Origin: Geobacter metallireducens GS-15
GTDB taxonomy: Bacteria > Desulfobacterota > Desulfuromonadia > Geobacterales > Geobacteraceae
Length of the DNA: 32,000 nt
Assembly: GCF_000012925.1 (NCBI RefSeq)
Contig: NC_007517.1
Location: 1,560,001 to 1,592,000, forward strand
Direction: 5' to 3'
Positions 9,997 through 18,139 of the stretch are shown piece after piece; position 1 is the stretch's first letter; each line of letters opens with the position of its first letter. Under the pieces are notes generated by a model, which saw only the letters and a list, made by a program, of their open reading frames with translations, made no database searches and had not been told where the DNA came from. The position numbers were made by a program, and so were the translations under genes.

Positions 9997-10862
9997 AGCG
10001 TGTGCTGCTGGCTCTTGTGCTGGCCGCTGCATTTTTTGTGGTAAATTTCTCCCTTGACCGACAGATGGCTAATCGGCCGGTGGTGGTCAAACTGGGCTAT
10101 TCCCCCAGTGGGCAAGTGCTGAAGCTTGTCGCCGGGGATTTGAAACCGCTTGTGGCAGAATTTAATGTGCTCAGAGTGGTGATCTACTTCGGTTCATTGG
10201 TAGAAAAATGGAAAAGTCGTATTCAACTTCCCCCTGAATATCCCAATATGTTTCGCACAATCGAAACCGCTGTTCGTCTCGACCCTTACAATATGGATGC
10301 TTATTATTTCGCACAAGCTGCTTTTACCTGGCAGGTGGGCCATGCCTCCGATGTCAATTATTTACTTGACTATGGCATGAAGTATCGCACCAGGGATTGG
10401 CAACTGCCGTATTTTGCCGGATTTAATGCAGCTTATTTCTTGCATGAGTATGATTCTGCCGCTACCTATATGCAGCGGGCAGCCAGGCTTTCAGGTCACG
10501 ATCTGTTGACTAATTTGACTGCGCGCTATTTTTACGAATCGGGCCGCGAAGATTTGGGAATTGCATTCCTGCGCGATATGATCGCACGAACTACCGACAA
10601 AAAAGAGCGAACTATTTACGAATTAAGGTTGAAAGCACTTATCGCTGTACAGAAACTGAACAGCGCGGTTCGACGCTATCGGGCTGAGCACGGTGCATTG
10701 CCGGAGAACTTGCAGGCTCTTGTTAAAATCGGCTATCTCCTCAGGATTCCCGATGATCCCTATGGTGGTGAGTTCTTTCTGGACAAACGTGGCATGGTCC
10801 GTACCAGCAGTCAGATGGCTATGGCCCGTTCAACGGGCAAAAGTGGTGGGGAAAATGACTGA
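9993..10862 (+). CDS. Membrane-anchored periplasmic helical-repeat (TPR-like) protein with a GspG-pseudopilin-like C-terminal motif
   Basis: The ATG at 9993 overlaps the upstream stop (ATGA). A single N-terminal TM is present (MKRVLLALVLAAAFFVV). The C-terminus LPENLQALVKIGYLLRIPDDPYGGEFFLDKRG resembles the GYL..(I/L)P.DPWG..Y motif of T2SS major pseudopilins. There is no prepilin leader. Confidence 0.6.
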   Translation: MKRVLLALVLAAAFFVVNFSLDRQMANRPVVVKLGYSPSGQVLKLVAGDLKPLVAEFNVLRVVIYFGSLVEKWKSRIQLPPEYPNMFRTIETAVRLDPYNMDAYYFAQAAFTWQVGHASDVNYLLDYGMKYRTRDWQLPYFAGFNAAYFLHEYDSAATYMQRAARLSGHDLLTNLTARYFYESGREDLGIAFLRDMIARTTDKKERTIYELRLKALIAVQKLNSAVRRYRAEHGALPENLQALVKIGYLLRIPDDPYGGEFFLDKRGMVRTSSQMAMARSTGKSGGEND

Positions 10863-11745
10863 TAACATTGAAATTGACATTGCCAATTTAGGTAAAACCT
10901 ATCGTGGCAAGAAACACACTATCGTGCAAGCCTTGAAGGGGTTGAATATTGCAATCCGTAAAGGTGAGGTGTTCGGCTTTCTCGGCCCTAACGGGGCAGG
11001 GAAAAGCACCACTATCAAGATACTGACGGGGCAGATCAAAGGGTCTGAAGGTAGCGCGACTATTCAGGGGGTGCCTGTTGAAGATCCGACCAGCCGTAAG
11101 AAGCTGGGATACCTGCCTGAAAATCCCTCGTTCTATGATTTTTTGACCGCCAGGGAATATTTGCGATTGGTTGGGAATGCCTATGGGATGTCTCCTAATG
11201 CCATCTCTTGTTCAACAGGAGAGGTTCTTGCAAAACTGGAACTTGAGCATGCCGCCGATCGACCCATTCGTGGTTACAGCAAAGGGATGGTGCAGCGGCT
11301 TGGCTTGGCTCAGGCAATGCTTGCCGACCCAGAGTTACTGATTCTTGACGAGCCGATGAGCGGCCTCGACCCACTTGGTCGGGCACTGGTTAAAGATTTG
11401 ATTAAAGAACTGAAACAGGCTGGGAAAACCATTTTTTTCAGCACACACATCACTGCCGATGTTGAGATAGTTTGCGACCGGGTTGGAATTTTAGTGGGTG
11501 GTGAACTAAAGGCACTGGACAGGGTGGAAAGTATTCTAGACCAGGGTATTGATGGGTATCGTTTGTCATTTGCCGCAGCAGAGGAAAGGACCATTGAGCA
11601 ATTAGTTGCTGTTGATGAGCTCAAGGCAACACTGGAACACATTCTTGCGCAAGGAGGGCGAATTGAGCGAATCGAACCATTGCGTCGAGACCTGGAGCGT
11701 TATTTCCTTGATGTGGTAAAAGGCACAAACCATGAACATTCGTAA
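10855..11745 (+). CDS. ABC transporter ATP-binding protein (ABC-2 / NosF-CcmA-like)
   Basis: The ATG at 10855 (MTDNIEIDIANLGKTY...) overlaps the upstream gene by 8 nt. Walker A is GPNGAGKST, the signature is YSKGMVQRLGLA and Walker B is LLILDEP. The ORF-track start at 10693 is an out-of-context extension. Confidence 0.88.
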   Translation: MTDNIEIDIANLGKTYRGKKHTIVQALKGLNIAIRKGEVFGFLGPNGAGKSTTIKILTGQIKGSEGSATIQGVPVEDPTSRKKLGYLPENPSFYDFLTAREYLRLVGNAYGMSPNAISCSTGEVLAKLELEHAADRPIRGYSKGMVQRLGLAQAMLADPELLILDEPMSGLDPLGRALVKDLIKELKQAGKTIFFSTHITADVEIVCDRVGILVGGELKALDRVESILDQGIDGYRLSFAAAEERTIEQLVAVDELKATLEHILAQGGRIERIEPLRRDLERYFLDVVKGTNHEHS

Positions 11746-13447
11746 ATCTTTTCAGGTAATGCTGCTTTGGATGATAGTGCTGGGCATCTTTTATCCGGCT
11801 ATATTTGCCGGGTTAAATTCGGTGGATGACCAGAAGATGCTTTATGCCTTGGGAGAATTGCCGAATAGAGCTTTACTGGACTGGTTCCGACCTGGACAAA
11901 GTTTTTATTATCGACCGTTGTTGTCGTTCACTTTTCGTCTCGATTATCTGCTTTGGGGGCAGGAAGTCAGTTTCTATCATCTGGAAAACATTTTAATTCA
12001 TGGTGCCAGCGCCACCTTGATTTTTTTCATCCTCCGGCAACTTGTTTCTCTCCAAATTCCGCAACAAAAGGACACCGAATGGCCCCTGATTGGGGCATTG
12101 CTGTTTGCGCTGCATCCGATAGTAACTGAATCGGTTAACTGGATATCTGGACGAACCGATTTGCTCGGTACTTTTTTTGTCTTGTCTGCCACTTTAGTTT
12201 TATTGCAGTCCGCTTTGCGTCGTCGGTTGATATTGGTAATTGCCGCAGCTATTTTGTTGTTTTGTGCCATCTTTTCCAAAGAAGTTATGGTGTTTTCTAT
12301 CCCTGCAGCCGCATTTTTGCTTTGGCGATGGAGTGTTGACGCGCCGACTTCTTGGCGGATTAAATCACTTACAGTACTTCTTATGCCGTTTTTTTTCGGA
12401 GGTTCGGCTTTCATCGCGCTTCGCTGGTTGTTTTATGGTGCGAGTGCGGACTTGGATCGTCTAATTTTCAAATATTATTACAGTGCCTACGACACGGTAC
12501 GAGTCTTTTTCAAGGTGTTGGGGTTCTATGGGAAAAAGATTGTTGCACCGTTACCGCTCAATTTTGCAATTATGCAGGTTAGTGATCACTATGTCTGGCT
12601 GGGAATTGTGATTTTTATTTTAGCTGTTTTGCTGTTTTTTCTACGCCGGTCCGCCACCGACTTGATTCTGGTGGGGTGGTATTTGATCTTGCCCGGCATT
12701 CTCATCGCATTGATTGGCTTGGCCTGGACGCCGTTGGCTGAACGCTATGTTTATCTCCCGAGTGCTTTTGTTGTCATGGGGATAGCTCTTTATGGCTCAA
12801 GCGTTCCATCGCAGCGATTACAAAAAATAATGTTAATTGGTTTGTCGCTGTTTTTATTGCCAATCAGTATGGCAACAGTAAATCGTAATTTTATATGGCA
12901 AGATAATACCAAGTTATATGCAGATAGTCTGAGTAAGTCCCCTGAATTTGCTGCGATGAGCAATGAATTGGGTATTGCTTTAATTGATGAAGGCAAGCTT
13001 GCTCAGGCAACCCAAATTTTGCAAAAAGGGAAACAACTAAAAACAGCATCGGTGCTCCTTTATATCAATCAGGCTCGTATTTTTATGGCCCAGGGGGACC
13101 TGGCCGGTGCTAGGTCTGAAATGATGAAGGTTTGTTTCGATAAAAATGCTGCCGACACGGAGGCTCTAAAAATGTTGGCAACAATTGATGAACAACGTTT
13201 GCATAATGGTGGGCAAAGCGAAAGCATTATGCTCGAATTGCTAGATACTTACCAAGTATTAATAACAAAAACAAAAAACCCTTACCTTGAGTACCGAGTT
13301 GGTCAAATATTTTTGTCTACGGGTAAACATCAAGACGCTGCTGATTATTTTAGCAGGGCTTATGTACATGCACCTAAAAATGCTTATTACCGAGAAGCTG
13401 CTGGAAAGTTGGTTCGTAAATTGAAGAACAGTGATAAGGAGGGCTGA
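11732..13447 (+). CDS. GT-C fold membrane glycosyltransferase (PMT/TMTC/DUF1736-like) with a C-terminal TPR domain
   Basis: There are about 11 TM helices. An acidic DD motif (LNSVDDQKM) follows directly after TM1. The pattern YYRPLLSFTFRLDYLLWG...FYHLENILIHG is typical of TMTC-like proteins. The C-terminal ~180 aa are TPR-like. The gene overlaps the upstream gene by 14 nt. Confidence 0.7.
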   Translation: MNIRKSFQVMLLWMIVLGIFYPAIFAGLNSVDDQKMLYALGELPNRALLDWFRPGQSFYYRPLLSFTFRLDYLLWGQEVSFYHLENILIHGASATLIFFILRQLVSLQIPQQKDTEWPLIGALLFALHPIVTESVNWISGRTDLLGTFFVLSATLVLLQSALRRRLILVIAAAILLFCAIFSKEVMVFSIPAAAFLLWRWSVDAPTSWRIKSLTVLLMPFFFGGSAFIALRWLFYGASADLDRLIFKYYYSAYDTVRVFFKVLGFYGKKIVAPLPLNFAIMQVSDHYVWLGIVIFILAVLLFFLRRSATDLILVGWYLILPGILIALIGLAWTPLAERYVYLPSAFVVMGIALYGSSVPSQRLQKIMLIGLSLFLLPISMATVNRNFIWQDNTKLYADSLSKSPEFAAMSNELGIALIDEGKLAQATQILQKGKQLKTASVLLYINQARIFMAQGDLAGARSEMMKVCFDKNAADTEALKMLATIDEQRLHNGGQSESIMLELLDTYQVLITKTKNPYLEYRVGQIFLSTGKHQDAADYFSRAYVHAPKNAYYREAAGKLVRKLKNSDKEG

Positions 13448-13448
13448 T

Positions 13449-14291
13449 TTGCTCGCTTTTCTCCAGCTTGCACGTCCTCATCAGTGGTTGAAAAATATTA
13501 TTCTCTTCTTTCCGCCATTTCTAGGAGGGGTTCTGCTTCTGCCTGGAGAATGGCAAAAGGGTGTTGCCCCCTTTGTGGCTTTTTCCCTCACCTCAAGTGC
13601 TACCTATGTATTCAATGATCTACGCGATCGAGATAATGACCGAGTTCACCCACGCAAAAAACATCGTCCATTGGCAGCTGGATTGATCTCAATCCCTGCC
13701 GCTATTTGTTTTGCGCTGGTGATGTTGATTGGCTCATTCGCCATCGGTTATACGGTTTCATTTGTTTTTTGTGGATGGTTGCTTGCGTATTTGGGGGTAT
13801 CCTTCGCGTATTCTCTCGTTTTAAAGGATCAGCCGGTCTTCGATATTTTCTGCATCGCCTCGGGATTTGTTTTTCGGGTTTTTGCCGGAGGCGCGGCCTT
13901 TGGCGTCAAGGTGTCTGATTGGCTCTTTCTAAGCGTACTACTGCTGGCCGTCTTCCTGAGTTGCGGCAAACGTCTGAGTGAAAAGAAACTGCTTGGCTCT
14001 GCTTCTTGTGACCATCGCAAAGTGTTGGAGACGTACCCCGCCGGAGCGTTAGAGGGGTTTATGTATATCTCAGGCGCGGCGGTGCTGGTCACTTACACTC
14101 TCTATGCCATTACCCAACACCGCTTGATATATACTGTTCCACTTTGCTGTTTTGGCTTATTTCGCTACCTTCTTATCGTTGAGCGAGGGCAAAGTGGTGA
14201 TCCAACCGATATGCTGATGAAAGATCCGGTGCTTTTTTTGACAGGTTTAACGTGGACCTTGTTTGTAGGTTGGGGAATTTATGGGTTCTAA
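13449..14291 (+). CDS. UbiA-superfamily polyprenyl-phosphate phosphoribosyltransferase-like enzyme (DPPR synthase family)
   Basis: It has the N-terminal box ARPHQWLKN and the Asp-rich motif NDLRDRDNDRVHPRKKHRPLAAG, with about 8 TM helices. The TTG at 13449 has AGGAGG 6 nt upstream. The GTG at 13431 is the ORF-track alternative. Confidence 0.7.
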   Translation: MLAFLQLARPHQWLKNIILFFPPFLGGVLLLPGEWQKGVAPFVAFSLTSSATYVFNDLRDRDNDRVHPRKKHRPLAAGLISIPAAICFALVMLIGSFAIGYTVSFVFCGWLLAYLGVSFAYSLVLKDQPVFDIFCIASGFVFRVFAGGAAFGVKVSDWLFLSVLLLAVFLSCGKRLSEKKLLGSASCDHRKVLETYPAGALEGFMYISGAAVLVTYTLYAITQHRLIYTVPLCCFGLFRYLLIVERGQSGDPTDMLMKDPVLFLTGLTWTLFVGWGIYGF

Positions 14292-15111
14292 TACTTTTTC
14301 GCCAAGTGCATTGCAGGTCGTACTGAGTCGTATAAGCTACTTTCGGCGAATATGGGAATTTAGGGATCTTTTCTTGGTTTTTGTGTGGCGCGAATTTTCT
14401 GTGCGTTACAAACATACACTGATTGGTGCGGCTTGGGCTGTAATTCAACCATTGTCAATGATGCTGCTGTTTACTTTTGTCTTTAGCTTTGTGTTAAAAA
14501 TGAAAGTTTCCAACTACCCCTATGCGGTTTTCTTTTATTCAGGCCTTCTCCCCTGGATGTTTTTCGATTCTGCCATAAAGTACTCTGTCCCAAGTTTTAC
14601 GGCCCATTATGGGCTGATTACTAAAATCTATTTCCCTCGTGAAATTATTCCTTTTTCTTGCATATCTGTGGCAGTAGTCGACTTTTTGATATCATTTGTT
14701 GTTTATCTGTTTTTGTTGTTGTTTTTTGACATTCCGTTGACGGTAAATATTTTTTATCTGTTACCGTTGCTGTTTTGTATGATTTTGTTTATTGCTTCGG
14801 CTTCACTGATTCTCGCCTGTTTAAATGTCTTTTACCGCGACGTACGACTTGCTATCAATTTCATCATGCAACTCTGGTTTTTTGCAACACCGGTGTTTTA
14901 CAGCACAACACAAATTAAAGGAACGTTGAAATACGTTCTGTACCTTAATCCCATGACTTTTTTTATTGAAGGCTTTCGAAGTTGTACTCTGTACGGTCAG
15001 CCCGTAGATCTTGGTACTTTGACTCTTTTTACAGTTTTGACTTTTACCGCGTTGTTGATAACTTTAAAGCTTTTTGTTCGGGTTGAGAGGTTATTTGCTG
15101 ATGTCCTCTGA
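14281..15111 (+). CDS. Polysaccharide ABC exporter permease (Wzm/TagG/KpsM, ABC-2 type)
   Basis: The N-terminus has the characteristic pattern RRIWEFRDLFLVFVWREFSVRYKHTLIGAAWAVIQPL. There are 6 TM helices. It is followed by its cognate ATPase. Confidence 0.88.
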   Translation: MGSNTFSPSALQVVLSRISYFRRIWEFRDLFLVFVWREFSVRYKHTLIGAAWAVIQPLSMMLLFTFVFSFVLKMKVSNYPYAVFFYSGLLPWMFFDSAIKYSVPSFTAHYGLITKIYFPREIIPFSCISVAVVDFLISFVVYLFLLLFFDIPLTVNIFYLLPLLFCMILFIASASLILACLNVFYRDVRLAINFIMQLWFFATPVFYSTTQIKGTLKYVLYLNPMTFFIEGFRSCTLYGQPVDLGTLTLFTVLTFTALLITLKLFVRVERLFADVL

Positions 15112-15802
15112 TGCCTTGTTGATATTTTCTGATGTTTGGAAAAAATACTCTCGTGCAGAAGCATTCCATCGTTCAATCCGCGAAGACCTAAGCTGTTTTC
15201 TCCGGTCTGATCTTAATCTTCGAAATAAGGACGAATTCTGGGCATTAAAAGGGGCGAATTTTTCATTGCATCCAGGGGAATGTGTCGGCTTGACCGGCCC
15301 TAACGGAGCAGGGAAAAGTACAATTTTGAAACTTGTTGCGCGTGTAACGTCTCCGAGTTCCGGAGATATTCGACAAACGGCGAAAGTTGCACCTCTGATT
15401 GAGGTTGGGGCGGGTTTTCATCCTGATTTGACCGGTAGACAAAATATCTATATGAACGGGACAATTATAGGGCTGTCTCTTTCTGATATTCGCAAACAGA
15501 TGACAAGCATTATCGATTTTTCTGAATTGGCTGAATTCATTGATACGCCTGTAAAAAAATACTCTTCTGGAATGTATCTAAAGCTTGCAGTTGCTATCGC
15601 ATTCCATAGTCCGGCAAAAATTCTATTAGTTGACGAGATCCTTTCGGTGGCGGATGAGTTGTTCCGGAATAAATGTCTGGAGAGGATTAGACGTTTCTGT
15701 GAAGCTGGCGGGGGAGTTGTGCTCGTTTCGCATGATCAAAGGATACTCAATTCAGTAACTGACCGGACGATCAGGCTGGTTAGTGGCGAAATTGTGTCAT
15801 AA
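15101..15802 (+). CDS. Polysaccharide ABC exporter ATP-binding protein (Wzt/TagH-type, short form without a C-terminal glycan-binding domain)
   Basis: The ATG at 15101 overlaps the wzm stop by 11 nt. Walker A is GPNGAGKST, the signature is YSSGMYLKLAVAIA and Walker B is ILLVDEILSVAD. The TTG at 15074 is an alternative start. Confidence 0.88.
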   Translation: MSSDALLIFSDVWKKYSRAEAFHRSIREDLSCFLRSDLNLRNKDEFWALKGANFSLHPGECVGLTGPNGAGKSTILKLVARVTSPSSGDIRQTAKVAPLIEVGAGFHPDLTGRQNIYMNGTIIGLSLSDIRKQMTSIIDFSELAEFIDTPVKKYSSGMYLKLAVAIAFHSPAKILLVDEILSVADELFRNKCLERIRRFCEAGGGVVLVSHDQRILNSVTDRTIRLVSGEIVS

Positions 15803-16847
15803 ACCATTGCATATCTTATTTTTTCGTCATAGCCTTCTTGGGCGCGGTGGGGACAAGATGGTCGTTTGCCAGGCGAATGCCCTTGCTCGGCGCGGCCATC
15901 AAGTAACTATCCGTACCGCAACTTTAGCCACTCCCTTTTCTTTGGATGATCGGATTGAAATTAACCTTACGGGGAGCAGTTCAGTTGCTGCTACCTTGAT
16001 GGATTTGTTTAAGGGGAGGTTTAGCTTCGACCTGTTGATCGTTGATATAATTCCCCTGGCAGTATTGGCTGGGATTCGCTTTGGCCGAACAAAGGTAATA
16101 TATTACGTTCAAGATTGGGATGTTAGTTATTATCGTTCGCTTGCTTTTCGTTCGTTGATTCGCTTGCTGTATTTCGTTGAGAGATCTTTTTTGCGGATTC
16201 CGGTCATTGTGGTTTCAGAGCACTTGCTCGGTAAGATTGGTCGTACTGGAATAGGTGCCACTTATGTTGTAGAAAACGGCATTGATTTAACTCTCTTCAA
16301 TAGTAAAGGTCGTCTTCACCCTGCGTTCGCTCCTGGTCATATCCCGACATTTCTGCTGTTCATCAGAAATGATTGGCGCAAAGGTTCTGATTTAGCTTTG
16401 AAAGTTGTGAAAAAGCTGGCGGATAGATACCCGCATGCTTTTGGAGTGGTTGCTGTTGGGAATCGACCAGCCATTAGGCCTTCGCAGATCGATTGGATTG
16501 ACAAGGGTTTTATGGACGAGCGACAGATTGCGGACCTGATGAAACAGTGCGATCTTTTTCTCTATCCGTCCCGACATGAGGGGTTTGGCCTTATGGCTTT
16601 AGAAGCTTTTGCTTGTGGTTGTCTGGTGGTGACAACCACGGCAGTAGGCTTTGCTCACGATATTGAAAATTCCCTGGTTGCCGAAGTAGATGATGAACAG
16701 GGACTTTATTCCCGCCTCTGTTGTTTGTTGGAAAAGCAAATTGAAATTGCACCGTTGGTAAAAAAAGCCGAAGAATTTGCTTCTGAGCACCCGCTGGAAC
16801 TGTGTATGGACAGGTTCTGTTCAGTGATTGAAGAACTGAATCAATGA
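15783..16847 (+). CDS. Glycosyltransferase, GT-B fold, family 4-like
   Basis: The N-terminus has ILFF..SLLGRGGD...ANALARRGHQV. The C-terminus has the EX7E-type motif SRHEGFGLMALEAFACGCLVV. The start is uncertain: GTG 15783 or TTG 15807. Confidence 0.8.
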   Translation: MAKLCHKPLHILFFRHSLLGRGGDKMVVCQANALARRGHQVTIRTATLATPFSLDDRIEINLTGSSSVAATLMDLFKGRFSFDLLIVDIIPLAVLAGIRFGRTKVIYYVQDWDVSYYRSLAFRSLIRLLYFVERSFLRIPVIVVSEHLLGKIGRTGIGATYVVENGIDLTLFNSKGRLHPAFAPGHIPTFLLFIRNDWRKGSDLALKVVKKLADRYPHAFGVVAVGNRPAIRPSQIDWIDKGFMDERQIADLMKQCDLFLYPSRHEGFGLMALEAFACGCLVVTTTAVGFAHDIENSLVAEVDDEQGLYSRLCCLLEKQIEIAPLVKKAEEFASEHPLELCMDRFCSVIEELNQ

Positions 16848-18118
16848 ATTACGAGAACTTCGCACAGTTATTAGAAGACCGTTACAGCGACTTTTGCCAA
16901 CGTTGGCCATTGTCGAGCTTTGTGCTGGACCATTACCTTCGCGCGAATTTGTTGCAACGGCCTGCCATTATCAACCAGCACAGGAATTATTTACAGCAAA
17001 CCATCCGTTACGGGAAAATAGTTGATTTACTGTCGCGTGGTTTTCCTAAAATCATCAAGAATTCAGATGACAAGCCCTCCGTTTTGCTTGCAGCACCGTT
17101 AATTTTTAGTTTTCCGTGGTTGGCAAAAGAGGTTAGGGACCACAATTCTTCAAAACTCTTTACTCTGAATTTTTTTGGACTTGCAAAATACTATCGGCAA
17201 CTTAGGCGTATGGGTTATTCCTATGCGTCCTTATTTGACCCATTGTTTAAAGTTGAGTGGAGCAAGGCTCTAGGTCAAGGTATGAAAACTTTGACCGAAA
17301 CAGACCGTATGTTGAGTTGGTCTGGCTGGGATAACCTTGAGTTATTGACGGAGCAAACAGTTTCCGGATTAACTACACGGTTATCGCGACTTAATTGTGT
17401 TTCAGTTGTTATGTTGCGAGATTTTTTTTGGTATGAGGCGGCTTTGATCCTTGCCTGTAAAAGAGCTGCTATTCCCTGCCATGTAGTTGCCCATGGTTAT
17501 CCACATTGCGACCCTGAAAATAGTGAATGTTTTGGTTATCTGCCTTTTCGCGGGGATACGCTGTATTGCATGAGCGAAGAATCCTATCACCAGCTTTCAC
17601 CTTGGGTTGAAGACAAGCATTGCTACTCAGTAAGGTTGTTTTCCAATACACAGAAAGTTAATGGTGAGGGAATTTTATTTATTTCATCTTCAGTGGAAGA
17701 AGTTGGTCTTTTAGATGATAAGTATCGGTTAGCTGTTTATAAAGGTTTACAGGCGGCTGCGAACAAACTCAACTGTCGCGTTACAGTCCGATTTCGCGAT
17801 GACGAGCAACTTGACAAAAAAATCAAGCAAGCTGAATCTTTCAATTTCAGATGGACTGTCAAGAATAATATCTCATTGGACGAAGACTTGAAAAATAACA
17901 GATATGTTTTTGGCTTTGGTTCAACAGCACTTTTTTTAAGTCATATGCTTGGGCATCCTACGTATAATGTGAGCAGCTATGGATCGATTGATGGTGTTGA
18001 AAATATAGTTCCAGAAAAGATCCCTGATGTTGTTTCTCATGTGCCTGTGTCTTTAGGATTTGTAGACAATAGAACAACTTTTGCCGATATTTTCTGGAAA
18101 TCCCTTCTCCATGGATGA
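16844..18118 (+). CDS. Hypothetical protein (424 aa, cytoplasmic, no motif I can assign); possibly a sugar- or phospho-transferase from context
   Basis: It is a long ORF in the operon frame with an ATGA overlap to the GT4 gene. Its codon usage is AT-rich, like its neighbours. No TM segment or signal peptide is present. Confidence 0.6.
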   Translation: MNYENFAQLLEDRYSDFCQRWPLSSFVLDHYLRANLLQRPAIINQHRNYLQQTIRYGKIVDLLSRGFPKIIKNSDDKPSVLLAAPLIFSFPWLAKEVRDHNSSKLFTLNFFGLAKYYRQLRRMGYSYASLFDPLFKVEWSKALGQGMKTLTETDRMLSWSGWDNLELLTEQTVSGLTTRLSRLNCVSVVMLRDFFWYEAALILACKRAAIPCHVVAHGYPHCDPENSECFGYLPFRGDTLYCMSEESYHQLSPWVEDKHCYSVRLFSNTQKVNGEGILFISSSVEEVGLLDDKYRLAVYKGLQAAANKLNCRVTVRFRDDEQLDKKIKQAESFNFRWTVKNNISLDEDLKNNRYVFGFGSTALFLSHMLGHPTYNVSSYGSIDGVENIVPEKIPDVVSHVPVSLGFVDNRTTFADIFWKSLLHG

Positions 18119-18139
18119 ACTCTGGTCACTAAGACTTTT

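Noticed and set aside
10693-10854. N-terminal extension of the ABC ATPase ORF (track start 10693)
   Set aside because: The extension overlaps the 3' end of the preceding gene in another frame and has no ABC-like sequence. The conserved NBD begins at the ATG at 10855, which has a G-rich SD and an 8-nt coupling overlap.
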